A stretch of DNA of 64,000 nt. It comes from Scyliorhinus canicula (taxonomy: Eukaryota). This document shows, one piece after another, positions 23,958-37,468 of this stretch (within the stretch, counting starts at the first letter, position 1; the number at the start of each line of letters is the position of its first letter). A program made the translations under genes and the position numbers. The notes beneath the pieces were generated by a model that saw only the letters and a program-made list of their open reading frames with translations, was not told the DNA's origin and made no database searches. The stretch covers positions 44,467,908 to 44,531,907 of the forward strand of contig NC_052161.1 of assembly GCF_902713615.1 (NCBI RefSeq). The letters are read 5' to 3'.

Positions 23958-26100
23958 GGAAATGCATCTTGAGCAGGCTGATGCATTATTCAATGACAGC
24001 ACGGGTGGCAACGGGGCCTCATTATAACGGGACTCCACCTCGTTATCAGTCCTCCACACCAGCGTATTCAGCCTTGACCTGAGCGGGTAACCCTTGTTCC
24101 CCATGGCACAACCTGTCATCCTGAGGTGCTCCTTGAAGACACCGGGGATCTCCGAGTGCCCCAGGATGTGGCTGTCATGCACGTTCCCAGGGTAACGGGC
24201 ACACACGTGCATGGTTCTAAGGCGGTGGTTGCACACAATCTGATCATTCAGGGAGTGGAACCCTTTCCTGTTACTATAGGGCACTCTCTGATGCACTGGT
24301 GCTTGTAGAGCGACATGGCTGCCATTGATCCCTCCCCTGGAACTGGGGCATCCAGCAATAGCAGCAAATCCTGCAGCCCAGGCATCTTGGTGGGCCTGGC
24401 CAAGCTCAAAGGTGATAAAGTCTGATCCCTGACATACAGAGCATCTGTCACCTCTCAAGTGCACCTGTGGGCGGATGCGCTGAATGCCGGAGGTGAGGTG
24501 AGAATGATTGCTCTTGACATCAAGGCAGCATTTGGCCAAATATGACATCAAGGAGCCCTAGCAAAACTGGAGTCAATGGAAATCAGGATTTGTGTATTGT
24601 CACGTTTACCGAGCTGCAGTGAGAAGTATTGTTCTGCGTACAGTTCAGACAGATCATTCCGTATATGAATACATATACATACAGCAAACATAATATACGC
24701 AATGTAAATACATAGACACAGGCATCGGGTGAAGCATAAAGGAGTTAAGTACTATTCAGTAGAGAAGATGTGTGAAGAGATCAGATCAAGAGGGTGGTTT
24801 AGAAGTCTAGCAACTGCGGGGAAAGCTCTCCTCTGGTTGGAGTCATATTATGGAACAAAGGAAGATGGTTATAGTCGTTGGAAGTCAATCATCTCAACTC
24901 AGGGACATCACTGCAAGAGTCCCTCAGGGTAGTGTCTGAGGCCCAACCATCTTCAGCTGCTTCATCACTGACCTTCCTTACATCATAAAGTCAGAAGCGG
25001 GGATGTTTGCTGATGACTGCACAATGTTCAGCACCATTCGCAACTCCTCAGATAATGAAGCAGTCTCTGTCCAAATACAGCAAGACTTGGACAATATCCA
25101 GGTTTGGCATAGGGCAAGGTACATTCGCACCACACAAGTACCAAGCAATGACCATCTCCTACAAAAGAGGATCTAAGCATCACCCCTTGACATTCAATTA
25201 CCATCAATGAATCCCCCACAATCAACATCGTGGGGGTTACCATTTATCGGAAACAGAATCGACTGGCCATATTAATACTGTGGCTACACGAGCATGTCAA
25301 AGGCTAGGAATCTTATGGCGAGTAACTCACTTCCTGATGACCATCTACAAGGCACAAGTCAAGAGTGTAATGGAATACTCTCCACTTGCCTGGATCAGTG
25401 CTGCTCCAACAGCACACATGAAGCTCAACACCATCCAGGACAAAGCAGCCCACTTAATTGTTACTCCTTGCACAAAATTCAATCTCTTCACCACCGACGA
25501 ACAATGGCAGCCTTGTGTACCATCTACAAGATGCACCGCAGTAACTCGCCAAGGTTACTTAGGCAGCACCTTCCAAACCTACAACCACTACTATCTAAAA
25601 GGACAAGAGCAGTAGATACCTGGGAACCAACCCCACCACCTGAAGGTTCTCCTCCAAGTCATTCACCACCACCCCGACTTAGAAACATATCACCGTACCT
25701 TCACTGTTGCTGGGTCAAAATCCTGGACATCCCTCCCTAACAGCACTGTTGGTGTACTTATACCTCAGGGACTGTAGCGGTTCAAGACTGCAGCTCACCA
25801 CCACCTGCTAAGATCAATTCGGGATGGGCAATAAATGCTGGCCTAGCCAGTGACGTCCACATCTCGTAAATTAATTTTTAAAAAAATGACTGTGATATGC
25901 CACACAGGTCCCCACTCAAACCCTGGAATGACCCGGTGTTGTGAACATTTAAGACTGCAGTGACCATCACGGCCACCGGGAGCGAGTGTCCTCCTCCTCC
26001 ATGGGATGCTGTGACCATGGGTCTTCTGCGGCATGGCGTCCGTAAGCTCATTGAATGACCAATGACACCTGTACACCTTGGGCCATCGCTGGCCTCCCCT
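23958..26100 (-). pseudogene. Harbinger DDE (HARBI1-family) transposase, decayed and split by a LINE
   Basis: INGSHVAL, NRKGFHSLN, YPGNVHDSHIL, GNKGYPL and RYNEA motifs. The N-terminal part GDLCGISQS (from about 25887) rejoins SAHRC (about 24478) across the LINE. Confidence 0.85.
24479..25886 (+). mobile_element. RTEX-like LINE, 5'-truncated
   Basis: LDIKAAF, VPQGSV, MFADD and YKAQV.SVMEYS motifs; tail GGGATGGGCAATAAATGCTGGCC plus an A-run. Contains an unrelated insert at about 24588-24815. Clade assignment is tentative. Confidence 0.85.
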
Positions 26101-28334
26101 TCTGGGTTCCTCCTCAGCCTAAGGGGTGGTCAAGTCTTCAGGGTGTGCAGCAGCCCCCTGCACATGGGGTGTCGCCTCCACTCTGAATGTCACTGCTGCC
26201 TTCTATGTCTTCTGCCCACCTTGGCTGTCACAAGCACAACATGGGCAGCCCCCATGGGATCAACTCTGGAAGGAATTGGAGAAGGAGAGAGTCCAACAAT
26301 CAGTTCGGCTTTCCATCCCGGGACCCTCAAGTCCCCAAGCCTTCCCCACCACGACCATGACTGTCCCGCCTTTTCTCAGAGTGCCATCTAGTGAACCAGT
26401 TGTGCTGGCAAACCTTGTTCTCCACATTCACTCCTGGCCACATCAGGAGCCCCTAGACTCCAGGCGTCTGCCGGGAACATTAGGGAGGCCATACACAGCT
26501 GCCCTTCATTCATTCACCCTTTGGCCATGGGAGAATCCTCGGTAGAGAAGCCCTACTCTTTCATGTTTGATTGTTGGCAGCTGCCTCCAAGGTGCTGATG
26601 CATCAAGGATTGCTGAACATGCAGTGCGCTAATCACCCTCTGAAACATGGCACCTTTGCTTTTGAGGAGACACTTGAGAGTTGAGGAGCGTGAAGTGCTC
26701 TCACAACTAACAATGCTAATTCCTCATTTGAAATAGCCTTCAGCTGTGAAGCTCACGGTCAAAGGGGTGAAATTGACTTTCAGGATAGAAGCCTCAGCAT
26801 ATCTCTATCCTGGAAGTATCCTGGTAGGACAGGCAGGCTGCAGCTGTGGTTGCCCCTGTTATGGGTCTGCACAATATTTAAAGATGGCTTGAGGGCCTCA
26901 GAGACACAAAGTCCTTCACCCTCCCCCCACCCCCTCGACCCAGGGGTGACCTCCGACCTGGAACACTTCAGCCCCGACCATGCCCGACACCCCCGAAGGG
27001 TCTCTTCCGCCCCTCCCCCCCATCCCCACAGCACTGGGACAGCAGCTCCAGTGTCCTTAAGCTGCTAATGGAAAATGGAAAGGGCTACTCATGTCCTCAC
27101 TTTCCTTTAGGAGCCATTGCGGCAGCTTCATATTTTTGAAAATGAGTTCTAAACGATGCCCACGCAACGCCTCACTGTGGTATCAGGTAATTCCTAGGAG
27201 GCCGTTGCATTCGACTTCAATTGTGTTAATGATATTCAAATGTATGCAAATTAGGGTTAATGATATTCTTGCCATTTATGGGTGCGATCCGGAACTCCCC
27301 CAGCGGGATTCTTGATTTTTCCCTCCCCCACTATTCAACAGTCACCCCCCGACTTTGCCAAGAGACATGGCTAGAGGCAATTTCCCTGATGAACTTCACA
27401 TCTGCTACTGTCTAAATCCTCAACAAAACATAAGGATAATAGCACTCTCGACTTACTGGCCCCAGAAACCACCAGGAGCAATTAAAGCCTGGAGACAGGG
27501 CCACCGCCACCTGAGACAGGCTGAAGGAAGGAACGGTGGCGGACCGATGACAGGGCTGGCTAGTTAGAAGGCTTGCATTCAGTTTATTAGGACATTGGTC
27601 CAGTTCAATTCATGGTTGTTAGGTCCTCTGGCTCTCACATGTCACTCCCCCTTATAATTATTTAATCTGTGTTTAAAGTGTTTTTCATTACCTGTGTGTT
27701 TATTTTGACAAGCTTAAAAGTATCTTCAATGGGAATTTCACTGGATTTTCTTGATTAACAATTTTTTGAAAAGGTAAGAGGGAGAATTTTCTTCAAAGGA
27801 AATGTTAAACGCCTGACTGTTTTTCGTTGAATTCATGAGCAGTTCAAATGCTTGCCAGTATTATTACATGGCTCAGGGTTCTGTACCAAGTGGATACTGG
27901 AAGAATGCTTCAAAGGCACAGCAGATGTCAGGACATTAAATCAATGTGAAAATCAAATTACTGCATTGAAAACGTACTTAAATGATAATAAACCATTACC
28001 TGATGACTTGAAGTTGGCAAGAGCTTTTAAATGTATCTGTCAATAGGTTCCCGACTTTACAGCAGGCTTCCCCCTAGTTCGCAACTGAATTAGCTGGCGT
28101 GGTTCCCACAATCTTCAGGAATCCACCCGCCCACACTTGATTTTGGAGTTGGCTTTAAATGTCTCTACAATAAATTTTAAAGAATCAAATGAGTGTCAGG
28201 TTGCAACCTGCCACGATAACCGATCCAAAAAGAATTGCAGCAGGGAAGGGAACTTGGAAAGGAAATGTTAAAATATGGCCCCGCACGCTTCCAATTTTGT
28301 CCTCCCAAAGAGATAGGCTCAGCGTTAGGATATG

Positions 28335-29915
28335 TACATTCAGCCCTGCTGTCATATTTGACTCAGAGATAAGCTTCCAACCATACATTTGCACCATCAA
28401 TAAGACTGCGTATTTCCAGCCTGCCTGACTTCACACACATCTCCACTCATCTGCTGATGAAATCCTCACTCATACCTTTGTTATCCCTGGAGTTGGCTAT
28501 TCCAATGCACTACTGGCTGGACTCCCACATTTTTCACTCAGTAAATATGCCACTCAAAACTCTGCTTAACTTACACCAAGTCCTGTTCAACTATCACCCC
28601 TATGCTCGTCAACTTATATTGGTGCCTGGTCAAGCAATGTCTGCATTTCAAAATGCTCATCCTGGTTTTCAAATCCCTCTGTCGTCTTCACCTGCCCGAT
28701 CACTGTAAGCTCCACCAGTCCCACAATCCTCCAAGATATCTAATGCCCAATTTTAATCATTCCATCATTGGTAACTGTGCCTTCAAATGCCTAGGCCTCA
28801 AGCTCTGGAATTCCCTCCCTTTGCCTCTTCGCTTTCATCTCCTTTGCTCCTTTAAGACACTTATTAAAACTTATCTCTTTGACCAAGCTTTTAGTTCTCT
28901 GGCCACATATGTGGCTCTGTGTCATAATTTGTTTTGGGCAGAAATCTCCGATCTGGTGATTAAGATCTATGGTGGGGGTAGGAACATCGAGCTGTGGAGG
29001 GCAGTGGGGAAACATGCCAAATCATCCAGCCCCCATCTCATTAATTATGCAAACAGTATTTTGTGCCATACTCTGTGGCATCAGGTGCGTAGTGTGCTGA
29101 CCTTTCAATACGCCATATTAGAAAGGCGCCCAACATCATTGACCTACTATTAAAGAAAGAATGTGAACCTCCTGAGAGTGAGATGGATTTCTGTGTGCAC
29201 TCTGAGGCTGGAAATGGACTCCTCCAGGGCACCGAATCGGGACGGTCCACGAGCAGAAGCTCCCCCCCCACTCGCTCCCCCTCCCCCCACTCCCCCCACC
29301 CCCACCCGCTGCTGTGGTGTTCTGAGGAGCCATGGTTGCCAATGGCTTCCATCTTGAACTCCGGAGGCAGGCTGAGGCATTGTTCAGGTGAATCCCAACA
29401 TCTGCTTGCCATACTGTTCCAAATAGGTTTCTCATTGGCGTCTATTCCCGCTGGTGCTGTGGAGAATCAGGCTTGTATGGTCGGACATTCACCTGCACCC
29501 CATTCGCATAATACAACTGAGCTTCACGGAGCCTCAAGTGGTTTTCCAGATCCGCCAATGGGGAGCACCGGCAGAAAATCTTGTGTTAAATTCACGTGGG
29601 CATAGAAACAACTTTTGGGACTCCAGTTGAATTCCCACCCCTCCTGCCCACCATTGAACTTGCCGGTAGGGTCTTGAAATAATTCAGCTCTTATAATACG
29701 CCTGGAACACTTATTATGTTAAAGGCTCAAGAAATATATAAGTTGTTGTCATAAGCCTCTTCCCCCACCATCCCCATCTCTATTCTCCTTTATAAGATGC
29801 CTAAAAACATACTTTTTCTTCTGGCTTTGTGTCAAATCCTGTTTGATGATGCTCCTGTTATGCACCTTGGGATGTTTTACTGTGTTAACGGCTCTGAATA
29901 AATACAAGTCATTGT
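28335..29915 (+). mobile_element. L2 LINE fragments interrupted by a Harbinger-like MITE (about 28936-29690)
   Basis: L2 ORF2 C-terminus (FKMLILVFKSL, GLKLWNSLP, FKTLIKTYLFDQAF). The L2 tail resumes near 29690; GGGCAGAAAT is a TIR-like start at 28936. Confidence 0.65.
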
Positions 29916-31526
29916 AGCATTATGCTCCTCCCTCTCTCCTACCTCCATTGAATAGTGCACAGGAACAGAGCACAAAGTATTCTGCTCCCATACTAGCCCA
30001 GGAGTTCAGGATTGATTTGAATTTCCATTCACATGTTTTAGGAGCGCCCTCCTGGTGAAGGTTCAGCCTTCACCAGTTTGAGCATCAATGGAAGAGGCAA
30101 AAAATTGAAACAGAGCTGTAGGCATCTTGCAATATTCAAAACAACACTTTATAAAATGCCTGCACAAATCTGAGGCCACATCTATATTGCAACTGTGGCA
30201 CTGGTGTGAAGCAGTTTTGCTTTGTACTTAAAATACAACCTGAATTTCAAATCAGGGTCAAGCCTAATACTGGAATAAAACAATTCTTCCCTGGAATAAA
30301 GTGACTCTGGCAGTCAATTCAAAAACAATTTGCATTTATGTAGGTCTCAACTTTCCAAATTCAAACGACACAAGTGGCAGTCAGAAATTGAAAAGCATTC
30401 AGTTGTAATGTAAAGACACCTATATATTTGTGCAAAACCAGTTCTGGACTTTGTTAATGTGTCCAGTTCAGCCTAATATGTAAAAAGAATTCTGAAATTG
30501 TGAATAACGAAAATAAAACCTGTAGTAATAATGTCTCCTATGACACCACATGCAGGAGTCACATAAAGTATCACATTCAGGTGAAACAGGGCTCAAGGTT
30601 TGGGGACATAACATTACCAGGGTATCTAAACATAATTAAGTACCCATGTTAGAGTCATTATCACTCTGTCCTTATTATTATATATTACTCTGATTTTATT
30701 TTATTACGAGTTGTCATCTTGTGGCATTTCACACAAAAGGGTTGAATTTAATTCTCCAATTTGTACTTAATGGGGTGTTAGGGCTTTCAAAATAGATTTG
30801 GTCCCATCACTCCGATGCTCCAGCCGTTATTTTTCAAGGTGCCTGACGCTAATTTGGCATATCAATTGCCTGGGGCAATTTTCCACCTGCGTTTGCCGTG
30901 ATCACAAATGGCGACATGGGCACAAAATTTCATGAGAATTAGAAACCGGTGGTGGTGAATTAACGATGGATGAGACTCTCGTTTCATTAAATTGTGATAA
31001 ATTTAAAACTTAAGAACATAAGAGCTAGGAGCAGTAGTAGGCAATTCAGCCCCTTGAACCCGCTCCGCCATTCGGGACAAACATTGCTGATCTCATCTCG
31101 ACCTCAACTCCATTTTCCTGCCTGTTCCCCATAACCCTTCAACCCATGACTAATTAAAAATCTGTCTATCTCCTCCTTAAATTAACTCAATGTCTCGGTA
31201 TTCAGCGCACTCTGGGGTAGTGAATTCCACAGATTCACGATCTTTTGTGAGAAGTAATTTTTCATAATCTCTGTTTTAAATCTGCTACCCCTCATCCTAA
31301 AACTATGATCTTTTGTACTAAATGGTCCCACAAGAGGAAGCATCTGCCCTACGTCTATTATGTTAATTCCTTTTATCATCTTATATACCTCAATTAGATC
31401 TCCTCTCATTCTTCTAAACTCCAGAGAGTATAGGGCTAAACTGCTCAATCACTCTCCATAAGACAAACCCTTATCATTTCTGGAATCAATCTAGTGAACC
31501 TCTACTGAACTGCCTCGAAGGCAAAT

Positions 31527-31763
31527 AGGGCAGCACAGTAGCACAGTAGCGCTGTTGCTTCACAGCTCCAGGGTCCCAGGTTCGATTCCAGGCTATGGTC
31601 ACTGTCTGTTTGGAGGCTGCATGTTCTCCCCGTGTCTGCGTAGGTTTCCTCCGGATGCTCCGGTTTCCTCTCACAAGCCCCGAAAAACGTGTTGTTAGGT
31701 AAATTGGACATTCTGAATTCTCCCTCTGTGCACCCGAACAGGTGCCGGAATGTGGCGACTAGG
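31527..31763 (+). mobile_element. V-SINE with alternative (CCGAACAGG) tail, 3'-deleted
   Basis: tRNA head, V-domain, then CCGAACAGGTGCCGGAATGTGGCGACTAGG. Confidence 0.85.
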
Positions 31764-33728
31764 TTATAACCTATAAAGGCTAACCTATAAAGGTTTTAAA
31801 AAGAAAATACATCCCTCCTCAATAAGGGGACCAAAACTGTACACAACACCCCAGATGTAGTCTCATTAATGCCTTGTACAGTTGCACCAACACATCCCTA
31901 CTTTTATACTCTATTCCTTTAGCGATAAAGGCCAGATTTCCATTTTCCTTCCTTATTACTTACTGTACCTTCATGTTAGTTTTCTGCAATTCTTGCACAA
32001 GGACACCCAAATTCTTCTGCACCGAGCACTCTGTAGTTTCTCTCCATTTAGATAATAAGTTGCCCTTCCATTTTTTGCGACCAAAATAGATAACCTCACA
32101 CTTATCCACATTAGACTCTACATGCCAGATTTTAGCCCACTCACCTAACCTATCTATATCCATTTGTAAATTTCAACCTACTATCCCACCTATTTTAGTG
32201 TTATCTGCAGATATGGCTATAGTATATTTTATCTTTACATCCAAATCATTAACATGTATTGTAAATAGTTGGGACCTGAGGACCGATCCCTGTGGCACCC
32301 CACTAGTTACATTTTGCCAACCAGAAAAAAAAACATTTATCCCGACACTCTGCTTTCTGTCGGTTAGCCAGTCTTCTATCCAAGCTAATGAATTCCTGCT
32401 AATCTTACCTTGTGTAACACCTTTTGTGCGGCACCCTTTCAAATGCCTTTTGCAAGCCCAGATATACCACATCTACAAGGTCCCCAGTATCCACTTAGTT
32501 TGTAACATCTTTGAATAACTCTAGCAAATTAGTCAAACATGATTTACCCTTCATAAAATCACACTGGCTTTGGTAGATTGCATTTTGACTGTCGAGAAAA
32601 CTGTTATTACTTCCTTAATAATGGATTCTAAAAATTTCCCATGACAGATGTTGAACTAATTGATCTCTGGTTTCCTACTTTCTGGCTCCCTCCGTTTTTG
32701 AATAAGGGCGTTACATTACCATTTTTTTCAATCCACTGAAACCTTTCCCACATCCAGGGAATTTTGGAATATTATAACCGTTGGATCATATATCCCTGCT
32801 GCCACTTCCTTTAAGACCCCCTAGGATGTAGGCCATCAAGCTTGTCTGCCTCCAATCCCAATAGTTTATTTAGTACCTTTTTCCTAGCGATGACAATTTT
32901 TCTAATTTCCTCCCTTTCTATTGCATTGCCTGTTACTCTTGAGAAGGCACTACTGTCCTCCACCATGAAAATTGAGGCTAAACATTGATTTAGTGTCTTT
33001 GCCATTTCTGTGTTCCACACTATTAACTCCCCAGTCTCATTCTCCAAGGGACCAAGATTCACTTTAGCTACCCTCGTCCTTTTTATATACTTATAGAAGC
33101 TCTTGTTATCCTTTTTTATATTTTGCCCTGGTTTTCTTCCATAATTTACCTTTGCTCTTTTTATTACCTTTTTAGTAACCCTTTATTGATCTTTAAAAGT
33201 TTCCCAATCTTCCAGCCTGCCACTGGCCTTTGCAATTTGGCATGCCTTTGTTTTTGTCTTTATGTTAACTTTAACTTCCTTGCTCAGCCATGGATATTTT
33301 TTCCCCTCTTGCAATCTTTCTTCCTCTCTGGAATATATTTTAGTTGGCATATATTGAATATCTCCTTAAACAACTGCCATTGTCCATTAACTGCCCTACC
33401 TTTTAGTTGTCTACAAGGGACAAATCTGTCCTGGTGCCTACGTAATTACCTTTGATTAACTCCAGAAAGTTAGTGTGGGATTCCAGTTTCTTGCCTTCAA
33501 ACTGAATTTGAAATTCTATCATGCTATGATCACTCTTCCCTTGAGGGTCCTTAATTATGAGGTCAATAATGAATCCCTCCTCATTACATGATACCAAATC
33601 CAAAATGGTCTGCTCCCTGGCTGGTTCCGCAACATATTTCTCCAAAAAACAATCTCCAAAATATTCAGTGAACCCCACCCTTGAGGGCTCTTGCCAATTT
33701 GATTAATCCAGTCTATATGCAAATTATA

Positions 33729-34068
33729 GCACCGACACAGTAGCACAGTGGTTAGCACTATTGCTGCACAGCGCCAGGATCCCAGGTTCGATTCCAGCTT
33801 GGGTCACTGTCTGTGCGGAGTCTGTACATTCTCCCTGTGTCTGCGTGGGTTCCCTCCGGGTGCTCTGGTTTCCTCCCACAAGTCCTGAAAGACGTGCTGT
33901 CAGGTGAATTGGACATTCTGAATTCTCCATCCATTTACCCGAACAGGCACCGGAATGTGGCAACTAAGGGCTTTTCACAGTAACTTCATTGCACTGTTAA
34001 TGTAAGCCTACTTGTGACAGTAATGATTATTATTATGATGATGATGGTAATGATTATTATTATTATAT
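33729..34068 (+). mobile_element. V-SINE with alternative tail, full length
   Basis: tRNA head, V-domain, CCGAACAGG...CACAGTAACTTCATTG...GCCTACTTGTGACA and an (ATT/ATG)n tail. Confidence 0.88.
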
Positions 34069-34726
34069 TGGCATGCCTTTCTTACAAGCCTCCAATATTT
34101 TTATCATTTATCCTGTGTCCCACTGCAGAACTACTGTTTTGGGATCTATAGATTATTCCCATCAGGGACTTCTTTCCTTTGCTATTTCTTATTTCTACCC
34201 AGATTAATTCCACGTCTTGATCTCCAGTGCCTATATGATTATTCACTACAGCATTGGTTCATTCCTTTACTAGCAAAGCTGCACCTCACTCCTTTTCCTT
34301 TCTGTCTATCCTTCCAAAATATTGAGTACCCTTGAACTCCCAGACCTGGTATCCTTGTAACCATGTCTCAGTAATCGCCACCAGTTGTACCCTTTTGCCT
34401 CTACTTGCACTGTTAACTCATTAATTTTGTTCTGAATGCTTTGTGCATTCAGGTCCAAAGCCTTTAACTTTGTTCTATTATCAAATTTCCCTACTCTTGT
34501 CTGATTCTTTGGTGTAATATGGTGATCACATATTCTGTCCCATTTAAAAATATTTCTGGTAAAATTCCACCTCATCACTCTCCTACACTCCTTCACCTTT
34601 AACTTTGATCTGCAGGTGGTTTCCTAAAAGGTCTCCCTCTTCAAGCAGTATTTCCAAGAAATCTCCATACAAGAAATCTCCAAATGTCAGTTCAAGTCAC
34701 ACACCATCATGACTAAGAGATATATT

Positions 34727-35386
34727 GGGAGGGATTCTCCATTGCCCAACACCGATATTGTAATCGGCAATCGGGCAAAGGATTCCTTCTGACAGCCAAA
34801 TCGGGGGTGTAGCCTGTTTGACTCTGGTTTTCGAGTCTCTGGTCCCTTCGAAATGGCGTCATCGCGTCGTGCTGCACGTGCTGCTGAATCGTCATTGACA
34901 CGTCATCGGAAGGCCCTCCCCGATGCTCCGCCCCAATGGGCTGAGTTCCTGACTGCCCGGTTGACGTGTGGTCTGAGAGGTCAGGAACCCGACATGGTGG
35001 TTGCGGACTGTGCCCAGTGCTGCCACACTCAGCCGGGATCCATGCTGCTGGCTGGGGGGGTGCTTCTGTGAGTAATGGGGGGGATCGTTGGGGGGTGGCC
35101 AGGGGTGGCCTGTGGGGTCGCATTTGGCTGGTTGGTTCTGTGCACGGTCGACGCCATGTTGTACGGCGCGACCACTGCAGGTCGTCGTCATGCACATGCG
35201 CGGCCATGGACCCGGCCATTCTCCGGCCGCTTTTGGCGCGGGAGCCGGGAGTTTCACCCGGTGCCACAGCTAGCACCTCACCGGCTCCAGAATCGGTGAG
35301 GGTTCGGTGACGATTTTGGCGTTGTAAAACACCCATGAATTCTCCGTTTCAGCCGCACTTAGCCACTGAAATGACTAATCCAACCC
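34727..35386. mobile_element. Harbinger-like non-autonomous element (MITE)
   Basis: Imperfect TIRs GGGAGGGATT / AATCCAACCC, 3-bp TSD ATT and a CpG-rich body. Confidence 0.65.
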
Positions 35387-35644
35387 ATTGCCTTTACTTC
35401 ATGCACATTGGATTATTATCCAGAAATAAAAGCTCTGTTGGTTCATTTTCACAATATGGGTTGCAGCAGTTCAAGAACAGGCCAGCAGCATGTGTAGAGG
35501 GAAACAAAGTTAAGATTGGGAGACAGTGGTCTTTCAGCGGAAGAAACTATTGCAGTTTTAAAAGTTTTTGTTTCTTAATTTCAGATTTCCAGCATCCGTT
35601 GCATTTTGCTCTTGTATACTGTTACTTTATTATTAGTTACATTG

Positions 35645-35778
35645 AAGGCTCTCACCTTCTCAACCTTGCCCCTCCCTGATGTGTGGTGATCCTCAGGTTA
35701 AATCACCACCAGTCAGTTCTCCCCTTCAAAGGGGAAAGCAGCCTATGGTCATCTGGGGCAATGGCAACTTTACTTACT
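35645..35778 (+). mobile_element. Short structured retroposed element, copy 2
   Basis: 12-bp TSD TTAGTTACATTG at 35633-35644 and 35779-35790; (ACTT)n tail; homologous to 7234-7372. Confidence 0.8.
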
Positions 35779-36764
35779 TTAGTTACATTGGACAAAATTC
35801 ACAAAACAATACAGTGTAAACCCCCAGGTGCCCCCACAGTGTTGCCCACTAACACAAATGCAAATTTGCAACACTACTGCTTCCCATTTGTGAAGGAGGT
35901 GGCAGAAAGACCATGGCCACAGGCACCGCGGTGCAACAATTCAGCTCTGAAAAATTATCAGGGGCAGGTAATGGGTGATTTGGGCAAATTCAGTTGGGAC
36001 CCCTCCCCATGAATACCTAAGACTTAAAACTGTCACTCCTAATTATTCCTTCAGTATTCTCAGATTTCAAGATACCTTTTGAATATGTTTCATCCCACAA
36101 ATTAGGAAGAAGCTTCCAGAAACCAGGTGTTCTAGTAATACTCCAGACCCACAAGTTAAATTCCCCAGCAGTGTAAGATTCCAGCACCACCTTCACAGTT
36201 GTTAGATCTGGCACCTTTGTCACACTGACTGACACCATTTGTGACATCATCACCCAGTCATGGGACTACTATTGCCACAGTGCCAGACACCAGAATGAAA
36301 CATGCATCACCATTAGATCTGAAGACACCAAGTCATACCATTCCCAACCCTTCCAGATGACACATTTCAAGGATTTTCAAATCCCCTGGCCACTGCCCAT
36401 GAATCCTTATATATGCCGGAAAAGCCTGCCTTGCTTGCCCGAGGCTTACAAACAGTGACCTCCTAAATCCTTGCACAGTCAATGGACCACCGCTCATGCT
36501 TCTAAATATCATTGTAAACGGCTTTGGAGGCGGGTCTGGCAGCCGATGGGCCGGCAATTGCCAGTTCGGAGGTAAAACAGTTAAATTTGTGCAAGTGATA
36601 GCTGGCCAATTAAGCATTATTTAGGGCCAATTAAGGCCACTCTGCCGGTGACAACTGGAATCTCACCTTTTCAAAACTCTTCCACCCTGAGGTACCCTCT
36701 CTCTTTCCTACCAACATCGGCAACTCCCACTTCTGGCCGGCTATGGATGCGGGGACAAATGAAG

Positions 36765-36931
36765 TCTTCAAGGCTGTGATTGGTTTTGTTTTAAACTAGG
36801 TAAGGTACAAAGAATATAGAGCAAATGTCGGTAAATGGTGTTGAGACACAAATCAACCACAATCTAATTAAACAGAAGATCAGATGTGAATAGTTGAATG
36901 GTCTACTCCTATTCCAGTATTCCTGTCTATG
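36765..36931 (+). mobile_element. Old CR1 3' fragment
   Basis: TGAATGGTCTACTCCTATTCC-type CR1 3' UTR end. Confidence 0.45.
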
Positions 36932-37468
36932 TTGATAGTAGAACAGTGGAAATTCAGTTTATTTTCAATTATAAATGAAAATTAGGTTGCAATGACTGAA
37001 GGAGCACGATCTTTATTATGCAATTTAAGATAGAAAAGTAGATCCCAGGTAATATATCAATTTTGCAATATTTTCCTTACCTATTTTTTAAAGAATGGAC
37101 TTATAGTTTTAAATTGAGCCATGGAGATTTAGAGAAAAACAATTATCCACTTTAGATAATCTAGATGATTGTACAGTATCTATTCTCTTCCAGACGATCA
37201 GGATTTTCTTTTAGGCTTTGTTTATCTTTTCACATTAAGGACCCTGTGCGGATTCTCCATCCCCAGGATGCCCAGTATGCGTTCCCCGATGGGATGGCAA
37301 ATCGGGCGTTGGGGCAAAATCAGGATTGGTGGCAGGCTGGAACCGAACGCCATGGTCCGACCTCTCGCAAACATCAAAGAGATGAATCTGCACTAAGTGC
37401 ATTCCAATCACTCAAGCATTTGCTTTCACCACACTTACCTCTCTTTGATGTGAGTAATATTTACAATG

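Larger units (their letters stand above)
16233..27310. mobile_element. PIF/Harbinger transposon, decayed, hosting nested Gypsy and LINE insertions
   Basis: GGGCACGATT TIR-like left end, Myb/SANT-like ORF on + and convergent DDE transposase on -. Right end approximate; that both ORFs belong to one element is inferred. Confidence 0.6.
31011..34560 (-). mobile_element. CR1 LINE (HER1-like), most of ORF2, decayed
   Basis: AAGAACAT tail; RMRGDLIEVYK, SGVPQGSVL, ADNTKIGG, ILDLV, SDH and APE start LNAQSIQNK. Contains two SINE insertions. Confidence 0.92.

Noticed and set aside
23946-24551. Domesticated HARBI1 gene
   Set aside because: Catalytic Asp positions read as Asn, the frame is broken and a LINE splits it, so it is a dead transposase.
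27852-28046. Protein-like 64-aa ORF
   Set aside because: Non-ATG start, no recognised homology and no convincing splice sites.
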